Virus record (IMG/VR): IMGVR_UViG_2928125067_000004
Span: 1,947 to 65,946 of that record
Length of the DNA: 64,000 bases
Source: a virus
Taxonomy: Duplodnaviria; Caudoviricetes
Strand: one strand, 5' to 3'
The position numbers were made by a program, and so were the translations under genes. The notes below the pieces were generated by a model that was given only the letters and a program-made list of their open reading frames with translations, did not search any database and was not told where the DNA came from. Position 1 is the stretch's first letter; each line of letters starts with the position of its first letter. Below, one piece after another: positions 42,803 to 51,880 of the stretch.

Positions 42803-43237
42803 CTACTCCGCAGCCTGCCGCGCCGCCTGGGCGCCGGGCACGCCCAGTCCGATCGCCTTCGCGAGTGCCGACCGCTGCGCGGCGTAGTCCGCGGCGACCA
42901 TGGGATAGTCGTCAGGCAGGCCGAAGCGCGCGCGGTAGCTAACCGGCGTCAGCCCATGGGCCGTCAGATGCCGCTTCAGCGTCTTGTACGGCTTGCCGTC
43001 GATGAAGCTGATCAACGCGTCGGGCTTCATCGACTTGCGGATCTCGGTGGCCGTCAGGCGGAAGCCCTCGGGCTGGCCCGCCGCCGCGGTCGACGTCGGC
43101 TCCTGGAGCGCGACTAGGCCGTCGCGGACGGTGCGCATCAGGCCTGGGAGATCGGCTGCCGATACGGCCTGCCGGCTGACGTAGGCCGCCACGATGCCGG
43201 CGGTGAGGCCGAGGAGGTCGTTGGGGGAATCGGACAC
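42803..43237 (-). CDS. mucR: MucR/Ros family regulator (zinc-ligand-substituted variant)
   Basis: LTAGIVAAYVS...ISFIDGKPYKTLKRHL...YRARFGLPDDYPMVAADYAAQRSALAKAIGLG; GTG start with GGAG. Confidence 0.92.
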   Translation of the reverse strand: MSDSPNDLLGLTAGIVAAYVSRQAVSAADLPGLMRTVRDGLVALQEPTSTAAAGQPEGFRLTATEIRKSMKPDALISFIDGKPYKTLKRHLTAHGLTPVSYRARFGLPDDYPMVAADYAAQRSALAKAIGLGVPGAQAARQAAE

Positions 43238-43299
43238 GGTGCTCTCCTGGTCAGAGGGTCGATCGCCCGGACCGGGCGGATGCGGGTCGGCGGTCACGG

Positions 43300-44370
43300 T
43301 CAGGCCGCGGCGGTGGCGCCGGGCGGCAGCGCGCTCTCGAAGCGCCAGCCGTCCTGGCCGCCGATCTGGATGGGGGTCATCATCGGCTTGCCGAGGCGCC
43401 GGTAGTGCGCGGCCCAGGCCTCCCACTCGGGCGAACCCTCGCGGACGAACACGCGGCTGGGCAGGCCACCGGGCCCGGCCCCTGACGACGCGAGGGCGAG
43501 CTCGCCGTTGCGCCAGCGGCCGTCCCGCAGCCAGCGATGCAGGGCCTTGGCTTGGCTGCGCAGGCTGGCGCAGGAGGCGGCATAGGCCGCAGCAGTGCGG
43601 ACCGCGGTCTCCTGGTCGGCCGGTGTCAGCTCCCCGAATCGAGCCAGCGCTTCCGATCGACCGGCGGTCAGCCGCCCGCTGATCGGATAGGCCGCCCAGA
43701 GCAGCTCGAATCTGGCGAGCGAGGCCGGCTCCAGCGGCACCGCGGGCGGCGCCACTCCCCGGCAGCCTCGCTCGGCTCGTGGCCGGCGCTCGGTCGATCG
43801 TTCGGGCCGCCGCCCGACCAAGGCCTCCCGTTCGGAGATCCGTTGATCGGTTGAGCGAGTCCCCCCGGCCACGGGGGGATTAAGGGGGGAGAATCCCTTG
43901 GTAGAATCTAGTTCTTGGTAGGCGATCGGGTTGGCCGACTCCGGTTCGACCGACTCCGGTTCAACCGTGCACGGTTCACCCGGAGTCGGCTGATCCGACT
44001 CCGGCACGGGAGTCGGTTTTTCCGCTTCCCGCGGGATACGTGTTTCGGCTGCGTTCTGGTCGTCCGAGCCGAGGTCCGGTTCATCCAGCACGACGTACTC
44101 GAACCCGCCGTAGACCCCGCGCGGCCCGCGCGGCAGCTCGTGGCGCTGGATCCAGCCGACGGCGATCAGCTCGCGCATCAAGCGCTGCATCTTCTCCGGG
44201 CCGCAGCCGAAGCGGCGGCGCAGATGCTCGGTCGAGATGTTCCAGTCGTGGGGGCGCGAGCGCAGGTAGCAGAGCAGCCCAAGCGCATCGAGCTCAAGGC
44301 GTTCGTCGGAGAACACCTCGTTGCCGATGACGGTGAAGTTCTTGTTGTGGCGTCGTCGGATGATCGTCAT
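43300..44370 (-). CDS. Phage replication initiator (HTH N domain, DnaD/O-like C domain)
   Basis: NFTVIGNEVFSDERL...LLCYLRSRPHDW; FELLWAAYP; contains iteron-like repeats. Confidence 0.8.
   Translation of the reverse strand: MTIIRRRHNKNFTVIGNEVFSDERLELDALGLLCYLRSRPHDWNISTEHLRRRFGCGPEKMQRLMRELIAVGWIQRHELPRGPRGVYGGFEYVVLDEPDLGSDDQNAAETRIPREAEKPTPVPESDQPTPGEPCTVEPESVEPESANPIAYQELDSTKGFSPLNPPVAGGTRSTDQRISEREALVGRRPERSTERRPRAERGCRGVAPPAVPLEPASLARFELLWAAYPISGRLTAGRSEALARFGELTPADQETAVRTAAAYAASCASLRSQAKALHRWLRDGRWRNGELALASSGAGPGGLPSRVFVREGSPEWEAWAAHYRRLGKPMMTPIQIGGQDGWRFESALPPGATAAA
43935..44016. promoter_or_regulatory. Putative origin iterons inside the initiator gene
   Basis: CCGACTCCGG at 43935, 43950 and 43995; inverted CCGGAGTCGG at 43980 and GGGAGTCGG at 44008; 15-bp period. 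Confidence 0.7.
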
Positions 44371-44721
44371 GGGCAGGCGCCTTCTCAGGCATGGCTTCAT
44401 CGTCCGGCCGCGAAGCCTGTCCGGCTCCGGGCACGCGAAAACCCGTCGCCGGAATCGCTGCTCGCGAACGGCGGTCGGGTCGGCGGGGCGGTGTGAGACG
44501 CTCGCAACGCGGGCCGAGCCGAAGGCCTCCGCCGAAAAGGACGGCGTCTGGAGGCGGCGGCTCAGGACCTGCGGAAGGCCGGATCTCGTCCGGACCGGGC
44601 GGCATCAGTCGGGCACGAGGCGGGGACCTGACGCAGGGCGCGCGAGGATCTGAAGTCCTGGAGCGGGGGACCGCGGGGCAAGGGCCAGAGCTGCGGGTTC
44701 ATGGCTGAGCGGCTCCGCGCG

Positions 44722-45120
44722 TCAGAGGGTCGGCTGGGCGGCGGCCGGCGCCGCGGCGGCGCTCGTGGGCTCGATCCCGTCGGCCGGGGCCAGCGCGGCG
44801 CCCGTGCTGGGCGTGGGCACCGCGGCCGCCGGCACGTCGGCCGCGCCGGCACCGATGCGCGGCGTGCCGCCTGGACCCTGGTCGGGGCCGATCAGGTCGA
44901 GCCGCCGGAGCGTGTCGAGCTGACGGACCCCGGCGAGCGCCAAGCAGTCGAGGATGCCGAGGTTGTTGATCCGCACGGCCCGGGACGTCGGTGATGGATC
45001 ACCCTCGAGGGCATCGTTCTTGACGCGCAGGTCCTCGGCGATCTCGACCAGCAGCTCCTCGAGCTTTCGCCCGTTCGGGTTGCCGGCCGACATCAGTACC
45101 TTGGTGGTGGGCGTGCTCAT
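44722..45120 (-). CDS. Hypothetical protein
   Basis: ORF track; NPNGRKLEELL...INNLGILDCLALA. Confidence 0.55.
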   Translation of the reverse strand: MSTPTTKVLMSAGNPNGRKLEELLVEIAEDLRVKNDALEGDPSPTSRAVRINNLGILDCLALAGVRQLDTLRRLDLIGPDQGPGGTPRIGAGAADVPAAAVPTPSTGAALAPADGIEPTSAAAAPAAAQPTL

Positions 45121-45243
45121 CGATGACCTCGGGAGGGTTGCCGCGCGGGCGCGGTGGAGCGGCCCGCGAGGGCCGGGGGCGGATTCGGAGTCTGAGTCTG
45201 GCGGGAGTCGGGGCCGCTCCGCGGCCTGCTCCCGGGCGCCACG

Positions 45244-45738
45244 CTAGGCGTCCGGTCCGGGCGACGCCGGCGGCGTCGGGGGCGGTTCGCTCGCGGAGGC
45301 CAAGCGCGCGGATTCGCGCATCAGCAGCTCGGCGTAGAGCCGGCGGCGCATGGGCGCGCCGAACGAGCGGAAGGCCGCGATCTCGGGCGGGTAGACCAGC
45401 GCCACCGCGGCGATCGCGCGGGCCTCGGCCTCGAGCTGCGCCTGGATCCGCGCGGGTTCGGACCCGATGCTAGCGACGAGCTCGAGGAGATCGGGCGGCG
45501 TCGACGCGTCCAGCGGGTGAGCGCGCTCGAGCGCGGCGCCGATCCCAGGCAGGCCTGCGCCCCGGGTGTCATCGGCGAGCCGTGCCAGCGCTGCCGGCGC
45601 GAGCGCATCGAAGCGGCCGGACGCCGCCATCATGCGGACCCGGCCCAGGACCGATCCTGGCTGGACGCCGGCGGCCGCGGCGATCGGCGCGGCGGCGAAC
45701 AGGCCCAGAAGCCCGCGGCGGTTCGGGTTCGCGCTCAT
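45244..45738 (-). CDS. Protein with twin-arginine-like signal
   Basis: MSANPNRRGLLGLFAAAPIAAAA. Confidence 0.55.
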   Translation of the reverse strand: MSANPNRRGLLGLFAAAPIAAAAGVQPGSVLGRVRMMAASGRFDALAPAALARLADDTRGAGLPGIGAALERAHPLDASTPPDLLELVASIGSEPARIQAQLEAEARAIAAVALVYPPEIAAFRSFGAPMRRRLYAELLMRESARLASASEPPPTPPASPGPDA

Positions 45739-45899
45739 CGTCCGAGCGCCCACAGCAAGGCGAGCAGCAGGCCGGCCACCGCGAAGCGGGACGCATGAAG
45801 CGCCGCCAGCTGCGGGACGAAGCCTCCGCGTCGCGTGCGTCGATGCAGCGCTTCGGATTCGAGGGCGGCGATCGCCATGAGGAGCGTGGCGGCCGTCAT
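45735..45899 (-). CDS. 54-aa membrane protein (below ORF-track cutoff)
   Basis: MTAATLLMAIAALESEALHRR...FAVAGLLLALLWALGR*; overlaps both neighbours by ATGA. Confidence 0.5.
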   Translation of the reverse strand: MTAATLLMAIAALESEALHRRTRRGGFVPQLAALHASRFAVAGLLLALLWALGR

Positions 45900-47242
45900 T
45901 CGGCAGCTGCCATGATCGGCGCCTCGGTCGGCACGTAGAGGTTGGCGAAGTCGGGCCGAGCGACCCGCTGAAATGCCTCGCCGTATCGCGGATAGCTGCA
46001 GGCGCGGACGAGCTCGTAGAATCCCTCCGGCTTCTCGGAATTCAGCCCGACCGGCCAGCGGTGGTGCGTCGGCGTCGCGTAGGACGCGTTGCTGCGCACG
46101 AGCACGTCCCGGCTGCCGCGCCGGGCGAACAGGACGTGCTCAGTGGAGTTCCGGAATTCGCGACCGAGCCCGATTTTCGGCCTGCAGTCGTCCGTCTCCT
46201 TGACCCAGGTGTGAAACGCCTTGTGCTCGAAACCCCAGAGCTTGATCAGCTCGAAGCCGAGCGGCAGCGTGTTGTTCGTCGCCCAGAGCCAGAGGTGGCA
46301 GTCATCCTCGGCCCACTGCGCGACCGGGAGCGCGCGAATCTCGTCGATCGACATCTGCGCGTAATCGTGGCCGGCCGACTTGGAGATGTTGTCCTCATCC
46401 CAGGGCGGGTCGATCACGAGGGTGGTGAATCGAGCCAGCAGCGGACGCAACTGGCGAACCCGTGCCTCGTCGTCGATCGACTTCAGCCGGCCGCACGCCG
46501 CCGCCGGGCGCCCGGACTTGTCCATGACGGAGACGAGGCGGCCGTAGATCTCCGGCGCCGCCTCCGCGGCCGCGCAGACGTCGAGGATCTTCTGCAGCCA
46601 GTCGGCCTTCTCGCCCCAGAGGTTGGCGACGTTCGCGAGCGCCCGGCGCGGCAGATTCACGTGGTCGATCGGGACGACGGCGCTGTCGCCAGACGGGATC
46701 GGCGGGTGGGCGGCGGCCAGGAGCGCGCGGGCGGCGAGCGCCACCGTCGAGAGCTTGTCCCAGCTCGGCGTCACCAGGACCTGGCGCCACGTCGCCGACA
46801 GATCGGGTTCGGCGCCCCTCCTGCCTCCGCGCGCCCAGCGCAGCCACGCGCTGGCGACGTTGGGCGTGCCACCGCGGTCGAGGAACGCGGCGAGGTGCCC
46901 GAACTGGTCCGGGTTGGATTCGGCAGCGTCGTAGATCTCGAGGAGCACCTCGAGCCAGCGCCCGCTCTTGCCCCAGTGCTGGGCGGTCAGGTGCGTGGCC
47001 TCGCCGGCCTTGCCCGTTCCCGAAGATTTCGGGAACGCTCGCGCGGGCTCCGATCCCGAAGATTTCGGGAACTTGGCGTGCGCCCGGCGTGCTCCGGCGG
47101 CCTCGCGCTCAAGGGCGAGGATCGCCCGGGCGGCGGTGACGACTTCGCGCAACGTCCACGGACGCGGGGTACCCATCAAAGACCTGGATGAACTCGGAGT
47201 GGGAGTGGAGACGGCGCGCGGGATGGCGCGCCGGGGCATCAT
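45896..47242 (-). CDS. MT-A70-family adenine methyltransferase with two ParB-HTH-like N-terminal repeats
   Basis: LVIDPPW, YAQMSIDEIRALPV, LWLWAT, TWVK, GLGREFRNSTEHVL, SEKP motifs. Confidence 0.9.
   Translation of the reverse strand: MMPRRAIPRAVSTPTPSSSRSLMGTPRPWTLREVVTAARAILALEREAAGARRAHAKFPKSSGSEPARAFPKSSGTGKAGEATHLTAQHWGKSGRWLEVLLEIYDAAESNPDQFGHLAAFLDRGGTPNVASAWLRWARGGRRGAEPDLSATWRQVLVTPSWDKLSTVALAARALLAAAHPPIPSGDSAVVPIDHVNLPRRALANVANLWGEKADWLQKILDVCAAAEAAPEIYGRLVSVMDKSGRPAAACGRLKSIDDEARVRQLRPLLARFTTLVIDPPWDEDNISKSAGHDYAQMSIDEIRALPVAQWAEDDCHLWLWATNNTLPLGFELIKLWGFEHKAFHTWVKETDDCRPKIGLGREFRNSTEHVLFARRGSRDVLVRSNASYATPTHHRWPVGLNSEKPEGFYELVRACSYPRYGEAFQRVARPDFANLYVPTEAPIMAAAE
47015..47072. 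repeat. Two palindrome copies inside the methyltransferase gene
   Basis: CGTTCCCGAAGATTTCGGGAACG (47015-37) and TCCCGAAGATTTCGGGAAC (47054-72); encode FPKSSG twice. Confidence 0.9.
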
Positions 47243-47469
47243 GGCGCGGACAGATCCTGGGCAGACGCTCGGGTGATCGCCTGCCGCACGAGGGCACAGC
47301 CCTTCGCGATCAGCCGCTCGCCTTCGTCGAGGTCGACAGAAGCGATGAGCCCACTCAGCTCACCCATGAGGCCGATGTATTCGACCAGCGCGGCCTCGCG
47401 GCTGCCGAACATGCCCAGCAGCGAGGGCGTCAGCTCGGCGAGCTTCTCCGGAGCGAGGGCCGCCATCAC
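47239..47469 (-). CDS. Hypothetical protein
   Basis: Coupled ORF. Confidence 0.5.
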   Translation of the reverse strand: MMAALAPEKLAELTPSLLGMFGSREAALVEYIGLMGELSGLIASVDLDEGERLIAKGCALVRQAITRASAQDLSAP

Positions 47470-47666
47470 GCGAATCCCCGCTTCACCGGCGGATGCATCT
47501 CCCGCTCCTCAAGCCGTCCCTCCCGCCGGGCCGTCCAGCGCAAGACGACGAGCAGCCCGAGCTGAATCGGCAGCGTCAGCAGCGCCGCGAAGCTCGGGTG
47601 CACCATGATCGCCGTCGTGACGGCGGCGGCGATCAGGACCAGGAGGGAGGGGGAGCGGGCGGCCAC
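47466..47666 (-). CDS. Small two-TM protein
   Basis: Hydrophobic; directly after the TAXI gene. Confidence 0.5.
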   Translation of the reverse strand: MAARSPSLLVLIAAAVTTAIMVHPSFAALLTLPIQLGLLVVLRWTARREGRLEEREMHPPVKRGFA

Positions 47667-47670
47667 GGCG

Positions 47671-48558
47671 TCAGTCCTGCGGCTGCGCGATCGCCTGGAT
47701 CTGCGGCTTGGCGGCCGTGAAGGCCCGCAGCAGACCGTCGTAGGCGCGCTCGTTGGCGTTCACCCACGGGATCGCGGTGACGAACAGCGCGTCGACCGCG
47801 ATCGTGTCGAGGGCCTTGGTGCCGAACACGAGGCCGCTCGGCTGGACTCGCGGGTAGGTCCCGGCCGGAATCGAGCCGTAGCTGTAGACCGGCTGACCGC
47901 GGGCATCCTTCGCCGCGCCGACCATCTCCTGATCGTCGGAGCGCACCAGCACGACGCGGTCGCCCTGCGCCTGCGCGTCGTTCTTGATGAAGGACGCGTT
48001 GAGCGCCCCGACCCAGAGCGCGCACTGCACCTGGCTGCCGTCGGCCACCGCGGACAGAGCGCGCACGCCCGAGCGCGTGTCGACGTTCACCGGCCCGAAG
48101 CGCTTCTTGTCGGCGAGCGCGAAGGCGTCCCAGGTCGTGCGGCCGCCGGAGCCGTCCAAGCCCACCGCGACGGTGTTGGACTTGCCCAGGTCCGTGATGC
48201 GGGAGATCCCCGCGCCGCGGTTGCAGATGAGGTGCACCTGCTCCTGGTAGAGGACGCCGGCGCGCTCGATCGTGGAGAGCGCGGCCGCGTTCTTCGACGA
48301 GTAGACCAGGAGCGCGTCGGACTGAACGAAGGCGCCGTCGCACTGGCCGGCCGAGAGCTTGTCCAGGTTGTCGAGCGAGCCCTGCGTGGGCACTACCTCG
48401 ATCTTGAGGCTCCCGGCCTTGCTCTTCAACATGTGGCCGGCCCGGAAGTAGTTGCCGGATTCGGAGCCGGTGCAGAGGCGGAAGGTCGGAGGCTCGGCGG
48501 CAAGGGCGGCCGAACTGCTGGCGAGGACGAGGGCGAGGGCGGCGAGCGGGGCGCGCAT
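47671..48558 (-). CDS. TAXI-family TRAP solute-binding protein
   Basis: Signal peptide; LCTGSESGNY...TQGSLDNL...CDGAFVQSDA...LYQEQVHL...GSGGRTTW signature. Confidence 0.85.
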   Translation of the reverse strand: MRAPLAALALVLASSSAALAAEPPTFRLCTGSESGNYFRAGHMLKSKAGSLKIEVVPTQGSLDNLDKLSAGQCDGAFVQSDALLVYSSKNAAALSTIERAGVLYQEQVHLICNRGAGISRITDLGKSNTVAVGLDGSGGRTTWDAFALADKKRFGPVNVDTRSGVRALSAVADGSQVQCALWVGALNASFIKNDAQAQGDRVVLVRSDDQEMVGAAKDARGQPVYSYGSIPAGTYPRVQPSGLVFGTKALDTIAVDALFVTAIPWVNANERAYDGLLRAFTAAKPQIQAIAQPQD

Positions 48559-48567
48559 GGACGGGTC

Positions 48568-48786
48568 TCAGGCTCCAGGAGGGGGATGAAGGTCGGTGTG
48601 CTGCCCGCGGGACCAGAGGCGCCACAGCCACTCGCGCGGGCGCCAGATGCTCTCGGGCATCGACGGATCGGCGCAGTCGGCCGCGACGGCGATCGCCTCG
48701 GTGAGCCACAGCGGGCCGCGCTGGATGGCGCGGAGCAGTGCGGCAAGGCCGATGCGCAGGAGCGTGAGGTAGCCGCCGGTCTTCAT
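48568..48786 (-). CDS. Hypothetical protein
   Basis: Coupled ORF. Confidence 0.45.
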   Translation of the reverse strand: MKTGGYLTLLRIGLAALLRAIQRGPLWLTEAIAVAADCADPSMPESIWRPREWLWRLWSRGQHTDLHPPPGA

Positions 48787-49229
48787 CGGCCGCCCTCGTC
48801 GAGCCGAGCGCGCAACTCCTCGATCTCGCGCTCCAGGCGCTCACGCTCCTGCTGTCGGGAGGCGGCGACCAGCCAGGCCGGCGGGTTCTCCAGTGCCGCA
48901 CACAGGACCTCGGCGTCGTAGGCGCCGATCAGCTTGCCCAGCGCCCACAGGCTCGGCGCCGAGCCGCGGTCGAGCCAGCGCTGAACGGTGGCGACCGGCA
49001 GGCCCGTGTCGGCTGCTACGTTGTCGGCCGTCTTCACCGGATACTTGCTGCGCAGAAAGTTCGCGAAGCGGTCCGCAACAACTGTTCGATCTTCGCACGC
49101 AACTGTTCGCGCGCCGCCCACAAGTGTGGTGGCGTTTCTGGGCGACTGTTCCATCCGCGTCCTCGATGATCGGGTCATCGAGGAGCTGCGGCCGAACGAG
49201 CCGTCGGGGAACAGCGAGGCGGTCGTCAT
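48783..49229 (-). CDS. HTH protein (CII-like position)
   Basis: KTADNVAADTGLPVATVQRWLDRGSAP helix-turn-helix. Confidence 0.7.
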   Translation of the reverse strand: MTTASLFPDGSFGRSSSMTRSSRTRMEQSPRNATTLVGGARTVACEDRTVVADRFANFLRSKYPVKTADNVAADTGLPVATVQRWLDRGSAPSLWALGKLIGAYDAEVLCAALENPPAWLVAASRQQERERLEREIEELRARLDEGGR

Positions 49230-49329
49230 CGATCAGCCCTCGCAAGGAGGTCGACGCAACGATGATCAGAACCACGCGCCGGGGCTGGCAGGCTGTGAGG
49301 CGCGTGGAGGTGAGCAGGGGCGGTTCGCA

Positions 49330-49605
49330 TCACGCGGCCGCCCTTCTGCTGTCGGGTGCCCATTCGGGCGAATTACTGCCCGGCATGACGCCGGGGCCGG
49401 AGGCCGAGGTCAGGCCGTCGCCATCGCTCGTCGCCCCCGGCACGACCTTCTCAACGGACTGGCTCGGTACGGCCGTCGCCGTATCCACACCGTCGCCCTG
49501 GTCGCCTCGGGCCGCTCTGTCCGCGCCTTCGCGCGTAGCTCTATCGTCTCCCAAAAGGCGCCGGAGCCCGCAGGCCCCGGCGGAGTCTAGGGAGGAAACG
49601 CCCAC
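49330..49605 (-). CDS. Hypothetical protein
   Basis: GTG start; low complexity. Confidence 0.3.
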   Translation of the reverse strand: MGVSSLDSAGACGLRRLLGDDRATREGADRAARGDQGDGVDTATAVPSQSVEKVVPGATSDGDGLTSASGPGVMPGSNSPEWAPDSRRAAA

Positions 49606-49682
49606 GAGGGGGCTTGCTCGGCCGGCGCTTGCCCATGCACCGGCCGAACCTCGGACGGCCGTCAGCGGCCGGTTCTGTGCGC

Positions 49683-49874
49683 CTACCGGCTCACCAGCAG
49701 GCAGACCCCGATCATGGCCGCGGCGGCGAGCGCCAGCCACGGGCGGACCGACTCGTAGAGCACCACGGATCGCGGCTTCCCGAGCGCCTTGGCCCGGTCC
49801 GCGCGCCGCATCGCCAGCACCGCCCCCAGGACCAGGATCAGGGCGAGGATCAACGCGGCGATACGCAGCAGCAC
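49683..49874 (-). CDS. Small two-TM protein
   Basis: Two hydrophobic segments. Confidence 0.5.
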   Translation of the reverse strand: MLLRIAALILALILVLGAVLAMRRADRAKALGKPRSVVLYESVRPWLALAAAAMIGVCLLVSR

Positions 49875-49949
49875 GGGAGGCGGCGCCTTGGGCTTGAGCG
49901 CGAGGGACGGTCAGAGATGCGCGGGTCAGGGCCGGCTGTCGAGGGCGCA

Positions 49950-50240
49950 TCACGCGTCTCCCCCGGAAGCGAAGGGGATCCACCGGCCCGGCTCGATCCC
50001 GGCCGCTTGCAACAGCGCGCTCACATCCTGCAGCTGCCGAAGGTTCGCGTGCCGCAGATCGCCGAGTAGAACCGCGCGCAGGCCGCCCGGGGTGACGGCG
50101 AAGACGCCGACCTCGCCGCCTGCGTTCCCGATATCGCACCCAGCGACCAGGACCTCCGGACGCGCGGCGGCCGCGATCGCCGCCGGAGCGGCGACCGGGG
50201 CGAGCCCGAGGAAGGCGAGGACGCTGCGACGGGACGGCAT
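49950..50240 (-). CDS. Protein with twin-arginine-like signal
   Basis: MPSRRSVLAFLGLAPVAAPAA. Confidence 0.55.
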   Translation of the reverse strand: MPSRRSVLAFLGLAPVAAPAAIAAAARPEVLVAGCDIGNAGGEVGVFAVTPGGLRAVLLGDLRHANLRQLQDVSALLQAAGIEPGRWIPFASGGDA

Positions 50241-50241
50241 G

Positions 50242-50853
50242 TCAGCGCTCGTCCGACTTGGCTTGGCCCATGGCCCAGGCCAGCTTCTCGATCAGCCACG
50301 AGACCCGGCTGGGGTCGACGCCGATCTTAAGTTCGTTCTTCGAGCCCAAAATCGTGACGGCGATCGTCGCGACGCGGCGCTTGTCATCGAAGTCGACGGA
50401 CAAGCGATCAGCACGAACGTAGCCGTCGGCAGGATGCGCTCTGAGCAGCGCGCGCGCGTCAGCTTCGGCGATCTCAGCCTGCGCGATCATCCTCCGGGTG
50501 CGAGCGGCTTCGTAAGCGCTCCCGTACCCCGTCATGTTGAGGGATGCCGTCCCGATGCCGACCAGATCGCCCGCCGACGCGATGAAGTCGTGATCGCGCC
50601 CGTGACCGTCCTGGAGGCGGAGAACGAAACTCCGGTCGTCGCCGCGAGCGAGGATGTTCCATGTCGCGAGCCTGTGCGCTTCACCCGCAGACACGATCGT
50701 CTTCGGCGGCAGGGAGGTATCGCCATCCGGCACGACCAAGACGTCGGCGCCATCCGCGCAGCGCCGGATGATGATGCGGCAGCCGTCCGGGACAACGAAT
50801 GCCACCGGCGCGCATTCGCTGCGATGATCCTCGATCGTGACGTTGACGGCCAT
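50242..50853 (-). CDS. Hypothetical protein
   Basis: ORF track; coupled. Confidence 0.55.
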   Translation of the reverse strand: MAVNVTIEDHRSECAPVAFVVPDGCRIIIRRCADGADVLVVPDGDTSLPPKTIVSAGEAHRLATWNILARGDDRSFVLRLQDGHGRDHDFIASAGDLVGIGTASLNMTGYGSAYEAARTRRMIAQAEIAEADARALLRAHPADGYVRADRLSVDFDDKRRVATIAVTILGSKNELKIGVDPSRVSWLIEKLAWAMGQAKSDER

Positions 50854-51330
50854 CTACGCGGACTCCGGAGCGAGGGCGGCGGGGGTCGGAGCCGCGCCGT
50901 AGGGCATCAGGCCGGACCGGATCTTCTTGCCGCCGGGAACGATGGCGACGACGCCCTGACGCGTGGGCAGGGCCACGCCCATGGCCTCGCCGAGGTCGAG
51001 GGTCAGGCGCTCAGTGGTGGGGATCGCCTCACCGGGCTTCGCCAGGACCTTCCGCCAGAGCGTGATGAGGAAGCCGGCACCCCGCACGACCTGCTCGGCG
51101 TCCAGCGGCGAGCGGCCGATCGCGCCGGCCTCGACGTTGATGTCGACGCCCTCGTCCCGGATCTTGGTGACCTGGTCGTTCAGGTCCTGGAGCTGATGCA
51201 GGACGCCGGAGGCCACGACGGTGACCACCGCACCCATGACCAGGATCACCGCGGCAAGGCCGCCGGCGGCGTAGAGGACGGCGTCGGCCAGCTCGCCGAT
51301 CGCCGCGGTGAGGGCGGGATCGGTCGCCAT
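50854..51330 (-). CDS. Hypothetical membrane-anchored protein
   Basis: N-terminal TM segment; coupled. Confidence 0.55.
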   Translation of the reverse strand: MATDPALTAAIGELADAVLYAAGGLAAVILVMGAVVTVVASGVLHQLQDLNDQVTKIRDEGVDINVEAGAIGRSPLDAEQVVRGAGFLITLWRKVLAKPGEAIPTTERLTLDLGEAMGVALPTRQGVVAIVPGGKKIRSGLMPYGAAPTPAALAPESA

Positions 51331-51570
51331 CTATGCGCCCTCCCGCTCGCCCGAAACATCGCTGACAAGCGCGAGGCGGGTCGTGCGGCCACGAAGCTTT
51401 CGGGCCTCGGCGAGATCGGCCGCCTGGATGAGGTCGGCAGCGATCTGGCGGGCGAGCTGGGGCTCGATCTCGATGATCTGGCCATCGACGCCGCGCTGCC
51501 GATCTTGGACCATCACCAGGACGGCCCGCATGGGTTGCACGGGGATGGCAATGGCGATGGTGGCGCTCAT
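51331..51570 (-). CDS. Hypothetical protein
   Basis: ATG overlaps the cro stop. Confidence 0.55.
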   Translation of the reverse strand: MSATIAIAIPVQPMRAVLVMVQDRQRGVDGQIIEIEPQLARQIAADLIQAADLAEARKLRGRTTRLALVSDVSGEREGA

Positions 51571-51827
51571 GCCGCCGCACCTTCGGTGGGGACAGTCTTC
51601 GGCGGTCGGGGGACGGATGGCGGCCAGGTGGCCTTGTCTTCGGGCCAGTGGTCCGAGAACCACTGCATCGCCAGCTCTAGCCGCCGTGTGGTGAGATCTC
51701 GGCCCTCTGCGAGCCGCGTGAGGACCTTCCCGTCGCCGAAGACCAGCGTCGAGGTCCGCGCGGCACTCAGGCCGCGCACCTCGCAAAATCGGCCTGAGAC
51801 CGCCAGCAGGGCATCGAGAAGCGTCAT
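51567..51827 (-). CDS. cro: Cro-like repressor
   Basis: LSAARTSTLVFGDGKVLTRLAEGRDLTTRRLELAMQWFSDHWPE, typical alphaproteobacterial Cro; divergent from cI. Confidence 0.85.
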   Translation of the reverse strand: MTLLDALLAVSGRFCEVRGLSAARTSTLVFGDGKVLTRLAEGRDLTTRRLELAMQWFSDHWPEDKATWPPSVPRPPKTVPTEGAAA

Positions 51828-51840
51828 CGAGTCGAACGAT

Positions 51841-51880
51841 GCTGTATGTTTACCGCACGAGTCAACGGTAAACATACAGC
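51841..51880. promoter_or_regulatory. OR operator pair
   Basis: Perfect 15-bp inverted repeat GCTGTATGTTTACCG-N10-CGGTAAACATACAGC between cro and cI. Confidence 0.8.

Noticed and set aside
44294-44720. Pro/Arg-rich ORFs upstream of the initiator
   Set aside because: Low complexity and no clear frame; cannot support a call
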